This document shows positions 25,360-37,081 of a stretch of 64,000 nt of DNA, piece by piece. How positions within the stretch are numbered: position 1 is the first letter of the stretch; the number at the start of each line of letters is the position of its first letter. This stretch comes from Escherichia coli (GTDB lineage: Bacteria > Pseudomonadota > Gammaproteobacteria > Enterobacterales > Enterobacteriaceae): the NCBI RefSeq assembly GCF_003334785.1, contig NZ_QOWV01000002.1; one strand, 5' to 3'. The notes under the pieces are model-generated. The model ran no database searches. It was not told the DNA's origin and was given only the letters and a program-made list of their open reading frames with translations. The position numbers and the translations under genes were made by a program.

Positions 25360-26250
25360 ATGGAACTACGGCATTTACGCTATTTCGTCGCAGTGGCGCA
25401 GGCACTGAACTTTACCCGTGCGGCGGAAAAACTGCATACCTCACAGCCTTCGTTAAGCAGCCAGATCCGCGATCTTGAAAACTGTGTCGGTGTTCCGTTA
25501 CTGGTGAGGGATAAGCGCAAAGTCGCGTTGACGGCGGCGGGAGAATGTTTTCTCCAGGACGCGCTGGCAATCCTCGAACAAGCGGAAAATGCCAAATTAC
25601 GGGCGCGGAAAATTGTTCAGGAAGACAGACAATTAACCATTGGCTTTGTGCCATCGGCGGAAGTGAATTTACTGCCAAAAGTATTACCGATGTTTCGTCT
25701 CAGACAGCCAGACACCTTGATTGAGCTGGTGAGTTTAATCACCACGCAACAGGAGGAAAAAATTCGCCGTGGTGAACTCGACGTCGGCTTAATGCGCCAT
25801 CCTGTTTATAGCCCGGAGATTGATTATCTGGAGCTTTTTGACGAACCATTAGTGGTTGTGTTACCGGTTGATCACCCTTTAGCACATGAAAAAGAGATCA
25901 CCGCCGCGCAACTGGATGGCGTGAATTTCGTCAGTACCGATCCGGTGTATTCCGGTTCGCTTGCGCCGATCGTTAAAGCGTGGTTTGCGCAAGAAAACAG
26001 CCAGCCAAATATCGTCCAGGTGGCAACGAATATTCTGGTGACCATGAATCTGGTGGGCATGGGGCTGGGCGTCACTTTGATACCCGGTTATATGAATAAT
26101 TTTAATACCGGACAGGTTGTTTTTCGTCCCATTGCCGGAAATGTGCCTTCCATTGCTTTACTGATGGCGTGGAAGAAAGGGGAGATGAAGCCGGCATTAC
26201 GCGATTTCATCGCCATTGTGCAGGAACGTTTGGCAAGCGTAACGGCATAA
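25360..26250 (+). CDS. hcaR: LysR-family activator of the hca operon
   Basis: ORF 25267..26250; start at MELRHLRYF (296 aa) with the LysR HTH. Confidence 0.92.
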   Translation: MELRHLRYFVAVAQALNFTRAAEKLHTSQPSLSSQIRDLENCVGVPLLVRDKRKVALTAAGECFLQDALAILEQAENAKLRARKIVQEDRQLTIGFVPSAEVNLLPKVLPMFRLRQPDTLIELVSLITTQQEEKIRRGELDVGLMRHPVYSPEIDYLELFDEPLVVVLPVDHPLAHEKEITAAQLDGVNFVSTDPVYSGSLAPIVKAWFAQENSQPNIVQVATNILVTMNLVGMGLGVTLIPGYMNNFNTGQVVFRPIAGNVPSIALLMAWKKGEMKPALRDFIAIVQERLASVTA

Positions 26251-26409
26251 TTACGCATTATTTTTGCAACATGCGTCGCGGATCTCAGTTTTTTAGTGCT
26301 TGTGAACTGGCGTTACAGACATCGGGAAGCAGGCTCGAATATTCTTATTTTTCAACTTGCACCAACATTCGATTAACCCCAGACTAACGCCTCCTGACGG
26401 GAGGGACTC

Positions 26410-27549
26410 ATGGTTTTGCAATCCACGCGCTGGTTGGCGCTCGGCTATTTCACATACTTTTTTAGTTACGGCATTTTTCTACCTTTCTGGAGCGTCTGGC
26501 TTAAAGGGATTGGTTTAACGCCAGAAACCATCGGCCTGTTATTGGGGGCAGGTCTGGTTGCCCGTTTCCTCGGGAGTTTGCTCATCGCGCCCCGCGTCAG
26601 CGATCCTTCCCGCCTGATTTCCGCCTTGCGCGTGCTGGCACTGCTGACACTTCTCTTTGCTGTCGCCTTCTGGGCGGGGGCGCACGTAGCGTGGCTGATG
26701 CTGGTGATGATTGGCTTTAACCTCTTTTTCTCACCACTGGTACCGTTGACCGATGCACTGGCGAATACGTGGCAAAAGCAGTTCCCGCTTGATTACGGCA
26801 AAGTGCGACTGTGGGGCTCGGTGGCGTTTGTCATTGGCTCGGCGCTGACGGGCAAACTGGTCACTATGTTTGATTATCGGGTGATCCTCGCGCTGTTGAC
26901 GTTGGGCGTGGCATCCATGCTGCTCGGCTTTCTCATCCGTCCGACGATTCAGCCACAAGGGGCAAGTCGCCAGCAGGAGAGCACCGGTTGGTCTGCGTGG
27001 TTGGCGCTGGTTCGCCAGAACTGGCGCTTTCTGGCCTGCGTTTGTTTATTGCAGGGGGCACATGCGGCCTATTACGGTTTTAGCGCCATTTACTGGCAGG
27101 CAGCTGGCTACTCGGCCTCGGCGGTGGGGTATTTGTGGTCGCTGGGCGTGGTGGCGGAAGTCATTATCTTTGCGCTGAGTAATAAACTTTTCCGCCGTTG
27201 TAGTGCACGCGATATGCTGTTGATCTCGGCGATTTGCGGCGTAGTGCGCTGGGGCATTATGGGAGCAACTACGGCGTTGCCGTGGTTGATAGTGGTGCAA
27301 ATTCTGCATTGCGGCACCTTCACGGTCTGCCACCTGGCCGCCATGCGTTATATTGCTGCTCGCCAGGGTAGCGAAGTCATCCGTTTACAGGCGGTTTACT
27401 CTGCCGTCGCGATGGGCGGCAGTATCGCTATCATGACCGTTTTCGCCGGTTTCCTGTATCAATATCTGGGCCACGGCGTGTTCTGGGTAATGGCGCTGGT
27501 GGCGCTTCCGGCAATGTTTTTGCGCCCGAAAGTTGTTCCCTCATGCTGA
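26410..27549 (+). CDS. hcaT: MFS transporter (putative 3-phenylpropionate permease)
   Basis: 379-aa 12-TM hydrophobic ORF. Confidence 0.9.
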   Translation: MVLQSTRWLALGYFTYFFSYGIFLPFWSVWLKGIGLTPETIGLLLGAGLVARFLGSLLIAPRVSDPSRLISALRVLALLTLLFAVAFWAGAHVAWLMLVMIGFNLFFSPLVPLTDALANTWQKQFPLDYGKVRLWGSVAFVIGSALTGKLVTMFDYRVILALLTLGVASMLLGFLIRPTIQPQGASRQQESTGWSAWLALVRQNWRFLACVCLLQGAHAAYYGFSAIYWQAAGYSASAVGYLWSLGVVAEVIIFALSNKLFRRCSARDMLLISAICGVVRWGIMGATTALPWLIVVQILHCGTFTVCHLAAMRYIAARQGSEVIRLQAVYSAVAMGGSIAIMTVFAGFLYQYLGHGVFWVMALVALPAMFLRPKVVPSC

Positions 27550-28821
27550 TTCGAGCATTTTGCGGATCTGCTCCTGTTGATGTGTTGTCAGCGTCAGGTC
27601 CGTATAGATCAGCGGTGGTGAAAAGAGCGGTAATGGCATGGTATAAGGCGCAATAATCAGTGCCGCGCCACGCGGAGCGCCTGTCTGCAAAAATGCCTTT
27701 ACCGACATATGCTTAATGTTGAGCGGCAGTAACGTTAGTTCGCGTAACTGCTGCTCAATCTGCGCTTCTCGCTCGCTATCATTCCCGGTAAGAAGAATAA
27801 TCTGTTTTTCATGCAGATCGTTTTCCTGCATTAGCCAGGCACCGAAAATCACCGCGACCAGACCACTTTCCTCATCAGAAAGATGGACGCCGTATTCACT
27901 TTCAAATCCGGCCAGCGCCGCGCGGGTGGTGCGCACCAGGCGTGGGTACAGTCTGGCGAACTCTTCCGGCAGGGTATTATCAATACCGATGGCAAACAAA
28001 CTGCGATTTAACGCCTGGGCGAGGTGGGTATAAAGCTGATCACATAACCCCTGTTCATCATAAAAACGAACATTTCCCAGCTCACGAAAATGGTTTACCA
28101 GACGTTTGATAGACTGACGCAATTGTCTGTCCCGCTGATGCGCATCCCGCAATGGATCGGGAACCCGCAACATGGAAAAAAGTAGTGCCATAAACAGTGG
28201 CTCATCAGGTGGTACAGGCTGGAGCGCCCGACGCTGCCAGTGGCGTCCAATTTCCTGCGCTACCTGAAATTCAAGGCAGGATTCCGCCCAGCGACGTTGG
28301 AGCGGATTAAACTGAGGCGTAATTCCAGCGTGGTGCTGCAGCAAACAATATTGCAGATACAGACACAGGAAATGAATATCGCGCGATTCAAAGCGTTTTT
28401 GCAGCCGTCGGGAGCAGAGATTCACTAACGCTTGTAGATTGGTATCGTCGTAAAAGTTACGCGCAATTCCGCGCCGCTTCAGTTCACTCTTCAGGGCGGG
28501 GGTGAATTGGCTGGTAATAAATGACGGACACAGACGGAAACCACGTCGTAGCCAGTGAAATAAACACAAACGTTGGTTAAGCACTGTACCTTCAACCCGG
28601 TAGCTACCGTCATAACCAGTCGTCAGTGTGAGTTGATGATAGCGCAGGATCTCCCGTCCTGTTTCGCTGATATCAAGACTGGCAATATCATCATCCACAC
28701 CATTAAGCTCGCTGAAGGTTGCCATGGTGGCGGTCAACCCCGGCTGAAAGAGCGTCAGCAAGATCTGGCAGCGGCGCTGGGGAGCCGAAAGGACAGATGG
28801 TGGAGCAAGCGTAGGCATCAT
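27541..28821 (-). CDS. csiE: Stationary-phase-inducible protein CsiE (PRD-domain protein)
   Basis: ORF 27541..28842 (-); start trimmed to MMPTLAPP (426 aa); 3' end overlaps hcaT by 9 bp. Confidence 0.88.
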   Translation of the reverse strand: MMPTLAPPSVLSAPQRRCQILLTLFQPGLTATMATFSELNGVDDDIASLDISETGREILRYHQLTLTTGYDGSYRVEGTVLNQRLCLFHWLRRGFRLCPSFITSQFTPALKSELKRRGIARNFYDDTNLQALVNLCSRRLQKRFESRDIHFLCLYLQYCLLQHHAGITPQFNPLQRRWAESCLEFQVAQEIGRHWQRRALQPVPPDEPLFMALLFSMLRVPDPLRDAHQRDRQLRQSIKRLVNHFRELGNVRFYDEQGLCDQLYTHLAQALNRSLFAIGIDNTLPEEFARLYPRLVRTTRAALAGFESEYGVHLSDEESGLVAVIFGAWLMQENDLHEKQIILLTGNDSEREAQIEQQLRELTLLPLNIKHMSVKAFLQTGAPRGAALIIAPYTMPLPLFSPPLIYTDLTLTTHQQEQIRKMLESA

Positions 28822-29011
28822 CTGTAGATCTCCCATAAGCATAATTGATAAGAATAGCTAAAGTTTGCTCAAGGAAATGGCGAAGGGAATGCTAATCATC
28901 AGAAATGTTGGCAAGCGTCACAGAATTTTTCACATCTTAAACTGTTCTGACCAGTGGATTAGCATGTCTTAAGGTGGTTTTGTGAATGATTATCGTGCTA
29001 GCGATCATGGG

Positions 29012-29866
29012 TTAGTTCTGCGGATTCAACGCGCTAAGGATAAAGTCCACCATCTGTTCGCGATAAACATCGCCGTGACGATCGGAAAAAGCATCAATGT
29101 GTTCGCCATCCGGGATTAGGATCAACCGTTTTGGCTCTTTTGCCAGGCTATACAACTTTTCGCTGTGCTGCCATGGGATAACGTGATCAGCTTTACCGTG
29201 AATGAGTAAAAGCGGGATCGGGCTGACGCTGGCGATATAATTTTCGCCGCTGTAACTCTCATCAAGTAAGTAGCCACTGCCGGGGATCATCTGGTTGGCG
29301 ATGGTTGCATAAGAGGCAAATGTGGAGTCGAGGATCACCGCACGTATGCCTTCACGATCACCCCGACCAATAACATCCAGAATATTCGCCCCGCCAATAC
29401 TCTGCCCGAACAGCACCAGACGTTGTGGGTTTACATCACTGCGATGGCGCACCACATTGATGGCACTTTGCGTATCGTCCAGCAATCCGGCCTGGGACGG
29501 CGTGCCTTTTGATTTACCAAACCCGCGATAATCAAACATAAAAACGTTGAAATTACGCTCGGGTAACCAACTGACCAGCGGCCAGTGGGCGGACATATTT
29601 CCGGCATTGCCGTGAGCATGAATGATGGTTGCGATGGCGTTGTCAGCAGGGCCCGTCGAAGAAGGGATAAACCAGCCTTGCAGACGAGTACCGTCCTTAG
29701 CCGTAAATTCGACGGATTCCGCCGACCAGGGATCGGGACCGTAAATTTTATCGTCGGGATAATAGAAGAAGTTGATGGCAACGCGCGGCACTAAATAAAC
29801 GCAGAAGGCAACAACAAAGAGAATAAACAGAATTTTGGGAACGCGTTTGTTCACTGGCAGTGCCAT
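29012..29866 (-). CDS. yfhR: Alpha/beta-hydrolase (peptidase S9-like) with N-terminal membrane anchor
   Basis: ORF 29012..29893 (-); second ATG (MALPVNK) has the strong SD aggaaagg, giving 284 aa; GxSxG motif GQSIGG. Confidence 0.85.
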   Translation of the reverse strand: MALPVNKRVPKILFILFVVAFCVYLVPRVAINFFYYPDDKIYGPDPWSAESVEFTAKDGTRLQGWFIPSSTGPADNAIATIIHAHGNAGNMSAHWPLVSWLPERNFNVFMFDYRGFGKSKGTPSQAGLLDDTQSAINVVRHRSDVNPQRLVLFGQSIGGANILDVIGRGDREGIRAVILDSTFASYATIANQMIPGSGYLLDESYSGENYIASVSPIPLLLIHGKADHVIPWQHSEKLYSLAKEPKRLILIPDGEHIDAFSDRHGDVYREQMVDFILSALNPQN

Positions 29867-30010
29867 AACCTTTCCTTGCGACTTCTTTATCATCCATTAA
29901 TCGGGGAAAGATGGTGGGAGAGTGACGAAAGAAAGTAAAGCAGTGAGGAAGTATTTCGGAATAGCGCCTGAAAGGCGAGGGCGGGTGAGTGATATCACCC
30001 GCCTGAGTCA

Positions 30011-30814
30011 TTAACGCTTCAGAGCGTCGCTTAACTCGTCACGCATGTTCGCCAGCATGGCTTTAACAACGCGCGGGTTACCAGCAACGATGTTACCGGT
30101 CAGCATGTAGTTATGACCACCGGTGAAGTCGCTGACGATGCCGCCCGCTTCACGAACCAGCAGCTCGCCTGCGGCGAAGTCCCACGGGCGCAGACCGATT
30201 TCAAAGAAACCGTCAACACGACCCGCAGCGACGTAAGCCAGATCCAGCGCCGCAGAACCGGTACGACGGAAGTCTGCACATTCGTTGAACAGTTTGCCGA
30301 CGATGTTGATGTAGGTAGTGGCGTACTGTTTTGCTTTGAACGGGAAGCCGGTCGCCAGAATAGTACCGTCGAGATCGCGAGCGGTGCTGCCGCGCAGTCG
30401 GTAGCCGTTCAGCTGTGCGCCCTGACCGCGAGTGGCGGTGAACAGTTCGTTACGCATAGGATCGTATACCACAGCAACTTCGGTGCGGCCTTTGATACGA
30501 ACAGCGATAGATACCGCGAAGTGCGGCAGACGTTTGATAAAGTTGGTAGTGCCATCCAGTGGATCGATAACCCATTGAACATCCTGATCAGTACCTTCAA
30601 GTTCACCGCTTTCTTCGGTGATGATGGTGTGCTGTGGGTAAGATTTACGAATCGTGTCGATAATCACCGCTTCGGCAGCTTTATCTACGTTGGTCACGAA
30701 ATCGTTACTGCCTTTCTGGCTCGCTTCTACAGCGTCCGGGGTTTCATAGTTTTTGGCAATTAAATTACCCGCCTTGCGCGCTGCGCGCACGGCGATGTTC
30801 AGCATCGGATGCAT
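30011..30814 (-). CDS. suhB: Inositol monophosphatase / NusA-associated SuhB
   Basis: 267-aa ORF with IMPase motifs (WVIDPLDGT). Confidence 0.96.
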   Translation of the reverse strand: MHPMLNIAVRAARKAGNLIAKNYETPDAVEASQKGSNDFVTNVDKAAEAVIIDTIRKSYPQHTIITEESGELEGTDQDVQWVIDPLDGTTNFIKRLPHFAVSIAVRIKGRTEVAVVYDPMRNELFTATRGQGAQLNGYRLRGSTARDLDGTILATGFPFKAKQYATTYINIVGKLFNECADFRRTGSAALDLAYVAAGRVDGFFEIGLRPWDFAAGELLVREAGGIVSDFTGGHNYMLTGNIVAGNPRVVKAMLANMRDELSDALKR

Positions 30815-30932
30815 CGGTCTCTCTCACTGGATGTTAAAGAACGGGAAAACGGCGCAGAGTATAGCAGCGAGATCGGCATCTGTCTTCGTTTTATGATAAG
30901 ATGCGTGAATAATCTTTAGATGAAGAAAGACA

Positions 30933-31673
30933 ATGCTGCAAAATATTCGAATTGTGCTGGTGGAGACGTCACACACCGGCAATATGGGTTCTGTTGCCCG
31001 TGCCATGAAAACAATGGGATTAACCAATCTGTGGCTGGTTAATCCACTGGTGAAACCCGACTCCCAGGCGATTGCCCTGGCAGCAGGGGCCAGCGATGTG
31101 ATTGGTAATGCTCACATCGTCGATACGCTCGACGAAGCGTTAGCCGGTTGTAGCCTGGTGGTGGGCACCAGCGCACGTTCCCGCACGCTGCCATGGCCGA
31201 TGCTCGACCCGCGCGAATGCGGCCTGAAAAGCGTCGCTGAAGCGGCAAATACCCCGGTGGCGCTGGTGTTTGGTCGCGAGCGCGTCGGCTTGACCAATGA
31301 AGAGTTGCAGAAATGCCATTATCATGTCGCGATTGCGGCTAACCCGGAATACAGCTCGCTGAACCTGGCGATGGCGGTTCAGGTTATTGCCTATGAAGTG
31401 CGCATGGCCTGGCTGGCAACTCAGGAAAACGGCGAGCAGGTCGAGCATGAAGAGACGCCGTATCCGCTGGTCGATGATCTGGAGCGTTTTTATGGTCATC
31501 TGGAACAAACGCTGCTGGCAACCGGTTTTATCCGTGAAAACCATCCGGGGCAGGTGATGAATAAATTGCGCCGTCTGTTTACCCGTGCGCGCCCGGAAAG
31601 CCAGGAGTTGAATATCCTGCGCGGGATTCTGGCTTCTATTGAGCAGCAGAATAAAGGTAACAAGGCCGAATAA
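30933..31673 (+). CDS. trmJ: tRNA (cytidine/uridine-2'-O)-methyltransferase (SpoU family)
   Basis: 246-aa ORF; divergent from suhB. Confidence 0.93.
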
Positions 31674-31674
31674 C

Positions 31675-31857
<183 letters not shown>

Positions 31858-31919
31858 ACAGGTACAAACGCCACGATAAAAAAATGGCACTGAAGGTTAA
31901 ATACCCGACTAAATCAGTC

Positions 31920-32000
31920 AAGTAAATAGTTGACCAATTTACTCGGGAATGTCAGACTTGACCCTGCTATGCAATACCCCCACTTTTACAATAAAAAACC
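31920..32000 (+). promoter_or_regulatory. iscR promoter region with probable IscR autoregulatory sites
   Basis: Position immediately upstream of iscR; contains atagttgaccaatttactcgggaat, resembling IscR type-1 sites; not resolved base-by-base. Confidence 0.4.
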
Positions 32001-32033
32001 CCGGGCAGGGGCGAGTTTGAGGTGAAGTAAGAC

Positions 32034-32522
32034 ATGAGACTGACATCTAAAGGGCGCTATGCCGTGACCGCAATGCTTGACGTTGCGCTCAACTCTGAAG
32101 CGGGCCCGGTACCGTTGGCTGATATTTCCGAACGTCAGGGAATTTCCCTTTCTTATCTGGAACAACTGTTTTCCCGTCTGCGTAAAAATGGTCTGGTTTC
32201 CAGCGTACGTGGACCAGGCGGTGGTTATCTGTTAGGCAAAGATGCCAGCAGCATCGCCGTTGGCGAAGTAATTAGCGCCGTTGACGAATCTGTAGATGCC
32301 ACCCGTTGTCAGGGTAAAGGCGGCTGCCAGGGCGGCGATAAATGCCTGACCCACGCGCTGTGGCGTGATTTGAGCGACCGTCTCACCGGTTTTCTCAACA
32401 ACATTACTTTAGGCGAACTGGTTAATAACCAGGAAGTGCTGGATGTGTCTGGTCGTCAGCATACTCACGACGCGCCACGCACCCGCACACAAGACGCGAT
32501 CGACGTTAAGTTACGCGCTTAA
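32034..32522 (+). CDS. iscR: Fe-S cluster assembly transcriptional regulator IscR
   Basis: 162-aa ORF, Rrf2-family with three-Cys cluster ligands. Confidence 0.97.
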
Positions 32523-32633
32523 TAAAAAGAATTCAGAATCAGGCCGGAGTGCTAAATACTCCGTAAACACGGTCGTACATCCAGCCGGTAGCCTGATTCC
32601 TTGCATTGAGTGATGTACGGAGTTTATAGAGCA

Positions 32634-33848
32634 ATGAAATTACCGATTTATCTCGACTACTCCGCAACCACGCCGGTGGACCCGCGTGTTGCCGAGAAAA
32701 TGATGCAGTTTATGACGATGGACGGAACCTTTGGTAACCCGGCCTCCCGTTCTCACCGTTTCGGCTGGCAGGCTGAAGAAGCGGTAGATATCGCCCGTAA
32801 TCAGATTGCCGATCTGGTCGGCGCTGATCCGCGTGAAATCGTCTTTACCTCTGGTGCAACCGAATCTGACAACCTGGCGATCAAAGGTGCAGCCAACTTT
32901 TATCAGAAAAAAGGCAAGCACATCATCACCAGCAAAACCGAACACAAAGCGGTACTGGATACCTGCCGTCAGCTGGAGCGCGAAGGTTTTGAAGTCACCT
33001 ACCTGGCACCGCAGCGTAACGGCATTATCGACCTGAAAGAACTTGAAGCAGCGATGCGTGACGACACCATCCTCGTGTCCATCATGCACGTAAATAACGA
33101 AATCGGCGTGGTGCAGGATATCGCGGCTATCGGCGAAATGTGCCGTGCTCGTGGCATTATCTATCACGTTGATGCAACCCAGAGCGTGGGTAAACTGCCT
33201 ATCGACCTGAGCCAGTTGAAAGTTGACCTGATGTCTTTCTCCGGTCACAAAATCTATGGCCCGAAAGGTATCGGTGCGCTGTATGTACGTCGTAAACCGC
33301 GCGTACGCATCGAAGCGCAAATGCACGGCGGCGGTCACGAGCGCGGTATGCGTTCCGGCACTCTGCCTGTTCACCAGATCGTCGGAATGGGCGAGGCCTA
33401 TCGCATCGCAAAAGAAGAGATGGCGACCGAGATGGAACGTCTGCGCGGCCTGCGTAACCGTCTGTGGAACGGCATCAAAGATATCGAAGAAGTTTACCTG
33501 AACGGTGACCTGGAACACGGTGCGCCGAACATTCTCAACGTCAGCTTCAACTACGTTGAAGGTGAGTCGCTGATTATGGCGCTGAAAGACCTCGCAGTTT
33601 CTTCAGGTTCCGCCTGTACGTCAGCAAGCCTCGAACCGTCCTACGTGCTGCGCGCGCTGGGGCTGAACGACGAGCTGGCACATAGCTCTATCCGTTTCTC
33701 TTTAGGTCGTTTTACTACTGAAGAAGAGATCGACTACACCATCGAGTTAGTTCGTAAATCCATCGGTCGTCTGCGTGACCTTTCTCCGCTGTGGGAAATG
33801 TACAAGCAGGGCGTGGATCTGAACAGCATCGAATGGGCTCATCATTAA
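32634..33848 (+). CDS. iscS: Cysteine desulfurase IscS
   Basis: ORF 32610..33848; start at [14 protein letters not shown] (404 aa); PLP site [10 protein letters not shown] and active-site SSGSACTS. Confidence 0.97.
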
Positions 33849-33875
33849 TCGGTATCGGAATCAGGAGAATTTATA

Positions 33876-34262
33876 ATGGCTTACAGCGAAAAAGTTATCG
33901 ACCATTACGAGAATCCGCGTAACGTGGGTTCCTTTGACAACAACGACGAGAACGTCGGCAGCGGCATGGTGGGGGCACCGGCCTGTGGCGACGTGATGAA
34001 GTTGCAGATTAAAGTCAACGATGAAGGTATCATTGAAGACGCGCGTTTTAAAACTTACGGCTGCGGTTCCGCTATCGCTTCCAGCTCCCTGGTCACCGAA
34101 TGGGTGAAAGGGAAGTCTCTCGACGAAGCGCAGGCGATCAAAAACACCGATATTGCTGAAGAACTTGAACTGCCGCCGGTGAAAATTCACTGTTCTATTC
34201 TGGCAGAAGACGCGATCAAAGCCGCCATTGCGGACTATAAAAGCAAACGTGAAGCAAAATAA
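33876..34262 (+). CDS. iscU: Fe-S cluster scaffold IscU
   Basis: 128-aa ORF with GAPACGDV, YGCGSAIAS, LPPVKIHCS motifs. Confidence 0.97.
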   Translation: MAYSEKVIDHYENPRNVGSFDNNDENVGSGMVGAPACGDVMKLQIKVNDEGIIEDARFKTYGCGSAIASSSLVTEWVKGKSLDEAQAIKNTDIAEELELPPVKIHCSILAEDAIKAAIADYKSKREAK

Positions 34263-34278
34263 GAGTTGAGGTTTGGTT

Positions 34279-34602
34279 ATGTCGATTACACTGAGCGACA
34301 GTGCAGCAGCGCGAGTAAATACCTTTCTGGCTAACCGCGGTAAAGGGTTTGGCCTGCGTCTGGGCGTGAGAACCTCCGGGTGTTCAGGTATGGCTTATGT
34401 ACTGGAATTTGTTGACGAACCGACGCCGGAAGACATCGTGTTTGAAGACAAAGGCGTGAAAGTCGTGGTCGATGGCAAGAGCCTGCAATTTCTGGACGGT
34501 ACGCAGCTGGACTTCGTAAAAGAAGGCCTGAACGAAGGGTTTAAATTCACCAACCCGAACGTCAAAGATGAGTGTGGTTGCGGCGAAAGCTTCCACGTTT
34601 GA
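34279..34602 (+). CDS. iscA: Fe-S cluster A-type carrier IscA
   Basis: ORF 34273..34602; start at MSITLSD (107 aa); C-terminal CGCGESF. Confidence 0.95.
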   Translation: MSITLSDSAAARVNTFLANRGKGFGLRLGVRTSGCSGMAYVLEFVDEPTPEDIVFEDKGVKVVVDGKSLQFLDGTQLDFVKEGLNEGFKFTNPNVKDECGCGESFHV

Positions 34603-34697
34603 TGCGCATACCGATAACCCCACCGTGGTCGCCTGCGCGTGGGGTTTGTTTTACCTGATTCGCCGTTATCGCGGCGGATCGCAGCCCTGAGAATGTT

Positions 34698-35213
34698 ATG
34701 GATTACTTCACCCTCTTTGGCTTGCCTGCCCGCTATCAACTCGATACCCAGGCGCTGAGCCTGCGTTTTCAGGATCTACAACGTCAGTATCATCCTGATA
34801 AATTCGCCAGCGGAAGCCAGGCGGAACAACTCGCCGCCGTACAGCAATCTGCAACCATTAACCAGGCCTGGCAAACGCTGCGTCATCCGTTAATGCGCGC
34901 GGAATATTTGCTTTCTTTGCACGGCTTTGATCTCGCCAGCGAGCAGCATACTGTGCGCGACACCGCGTTCCTGATGGAACAGTTGGAGCTGCGCGAAGAG
35001 CTGGACGAGATCGAACAGGCGAAAGATGAAGCGCGGCTGGAAAGCTTTATCAAACGTGTGAAAAAGATGTTTGATACCCGCCATCAGTTGATGGTTGAAC
35101 AGTTAGACAACGAGACGTGGGACGCGGCGGCGGATACCGTGCGTAAGCTGCGTTTTCTCGATAAACTGCGAAGCAGTGCCGAACAACTCGAAGAAAAACT
35201 GCTCGATTTTTAA
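34698..35213 (+). CDS. hscB: Co-chaperone HscB (J-domain)
   Basis: 171-aa ORF with HPD motif. Confidence 0.95.
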
Positions 35214-35229
35214 TTTCTGGAAGCTAAAC

Positions 35230-37080
35230 ATGGCCTTATTACAAATTAGTGAACCTGGTTTGAGTGCTGCGCCGCATCAGCGTCGTCTGGCGGCCGGTAT
35301 TGACCTGGGCACAACCAACTCGCTGGTGGCGACAGTGCGCAGCGGTCAGGCCGAAACGTTAGCCGATCATGAAGGCCGTCACCTGCTGCCATCTGTTGTT
35401 CACTATCAACAGCAAGGGCATTCGGTGGGTTATGACGCGCGTACTAATGCAGCGCTCGATACCGCCAACACAATTAGTTCTGTTAAACGCCTGATGGGAC
35501 GCTCGCTGGCTGATATCCAGCAACGCTATCCGCATCTGCCTTATCAATTCCAGGCCAGCGAAAACGGCCTGCCGATGATTGAAACGGCGGCGGGGCTGCT
35601 GAACCCGGTGCGCGTTTCTGCGGACATCCTCAAAGCACTGGCGGCGCGGGCAACTGAAGCCCTGGCAGGCGAGCTGGATGGTGTAGTTATCACCGTTCCG
35701 GCGTACTTTGACGATGCCCAGCGTCAGGGCACCAAAGACGCGGCGCGTCTGGCGGGCCTTCACGTCCTGCGCTTACTTAACGAACCGACCGCTGCGGCTA
35801 TCGCCTACGGGCTGGATTCCGGTCAGGAAGGCGTGATCGCCGTTTATGACCTCGGTGGCGGGACGTTTGATATTTCCATTCTGCGCTTAAGTCGCGGCGT
35901 GTTTGAAGTGCTGGCAACCGGCGGTGATTCCGCGCTCGGCGGCGATGATTTCGACCATCTGCTGGCGGATTACATTCGCGAGCAGGCGGGCATTCCTGAT
36001 CGTAGCGATAACCGCGTTCAGCGTGAACTGCTGGATGCCGCCATTGCAGCCAAAATCGCGCTGAGCGATGCGGACTCCGTGACCGTTAACGTTGCGGGCT
36101 GGCAGGGCGAAATCAGCCGTGAACAATTCAATGAACTGATCGCGCCACTGGTAAAACGAACCTTACTGGCTTGTCGTCGCGCGCTGAAAGACGCGGGTGT
36201 AGAAGCTGATGAAGTGCTGGAAGTGGTGATGGTGGGCGGTTCTACTCGCGTGCCGCTGGTGCGTGAACGGGTAGGCGAATTTTTCGGTCGTCCACCGCTG
36301 ACTTCCATCGACCCGGATAAAGTCGTCGCTATTGGCGCGGCGATTCAGGCGGATATTCTGGTGGGTAACAAGCCAGACAGCGAAATGCTGTTGCTTGATG
36401 TGATCCCACTGTCGCTGGGCCTCGAAACGATGGGCGGCCTGGTGGAGAAAGTGATTCCGCGTAATACCACTATTCCGGTGGCCCGCGCTCAGGATTTCAC
36501 CACCTTTAAAGATGGTCAGACGGCGATGTCTATCCATGTAATGCAGGGTGAGCGCGAACTGGTGCAGGACTGCCGCTCACTGGCGCGTTTTGCGCTGCGT
36601 GGTATTCCGGCGCTACCGGCTGGCGGTGCGCATATTCGCGTGACGTTCCAGGTCGATGCCGACGGTCTTTTGAGCGTGACGGCGATGGAGAAATCCACCG
36701 GCGTTGAGGCGTCTATTCAGGTCAAACCGTCTTACGGTCTGACCGATAGCGAAATCGCTTCGATGATCAAAGACTCAATGAGCTATGCCGAGCAGGACGT
36801 AAAAGCCCGAATGCTGGCAGAACAAAAAGTAGAAGCGGCGCGTGTGCTGGAAAGTCTGCACGGCGCGCTGGCTGCTGATGCCGCGCTGTTAAGCGCCGCA
36901 GAACGTCAGGTCATTGACGATGCTGCCGCTCACCTGAGTGAAGTGGCGCAGGGCGATGATGTTGACGCCATCGAACAAGCGATTAAAAACGTAGACAAAC
37001 AAACCCAGGATTTCGCCGCTCGCCGCATGGACCAGTCGGTTCGTCGTGCGCTGAAAGGCCATTCCGTGGACGAGGTTTAA
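35230..37080 (+). CDS. hscA: Hsp70-type chaperone HscA
   Basis: ORF 35176..37080; start at MALLQISEP (616 aa); Hsp70 motifs [16 protein letters not shown]. Confidence 0.96.
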
Positions 37081-37081
37081 T

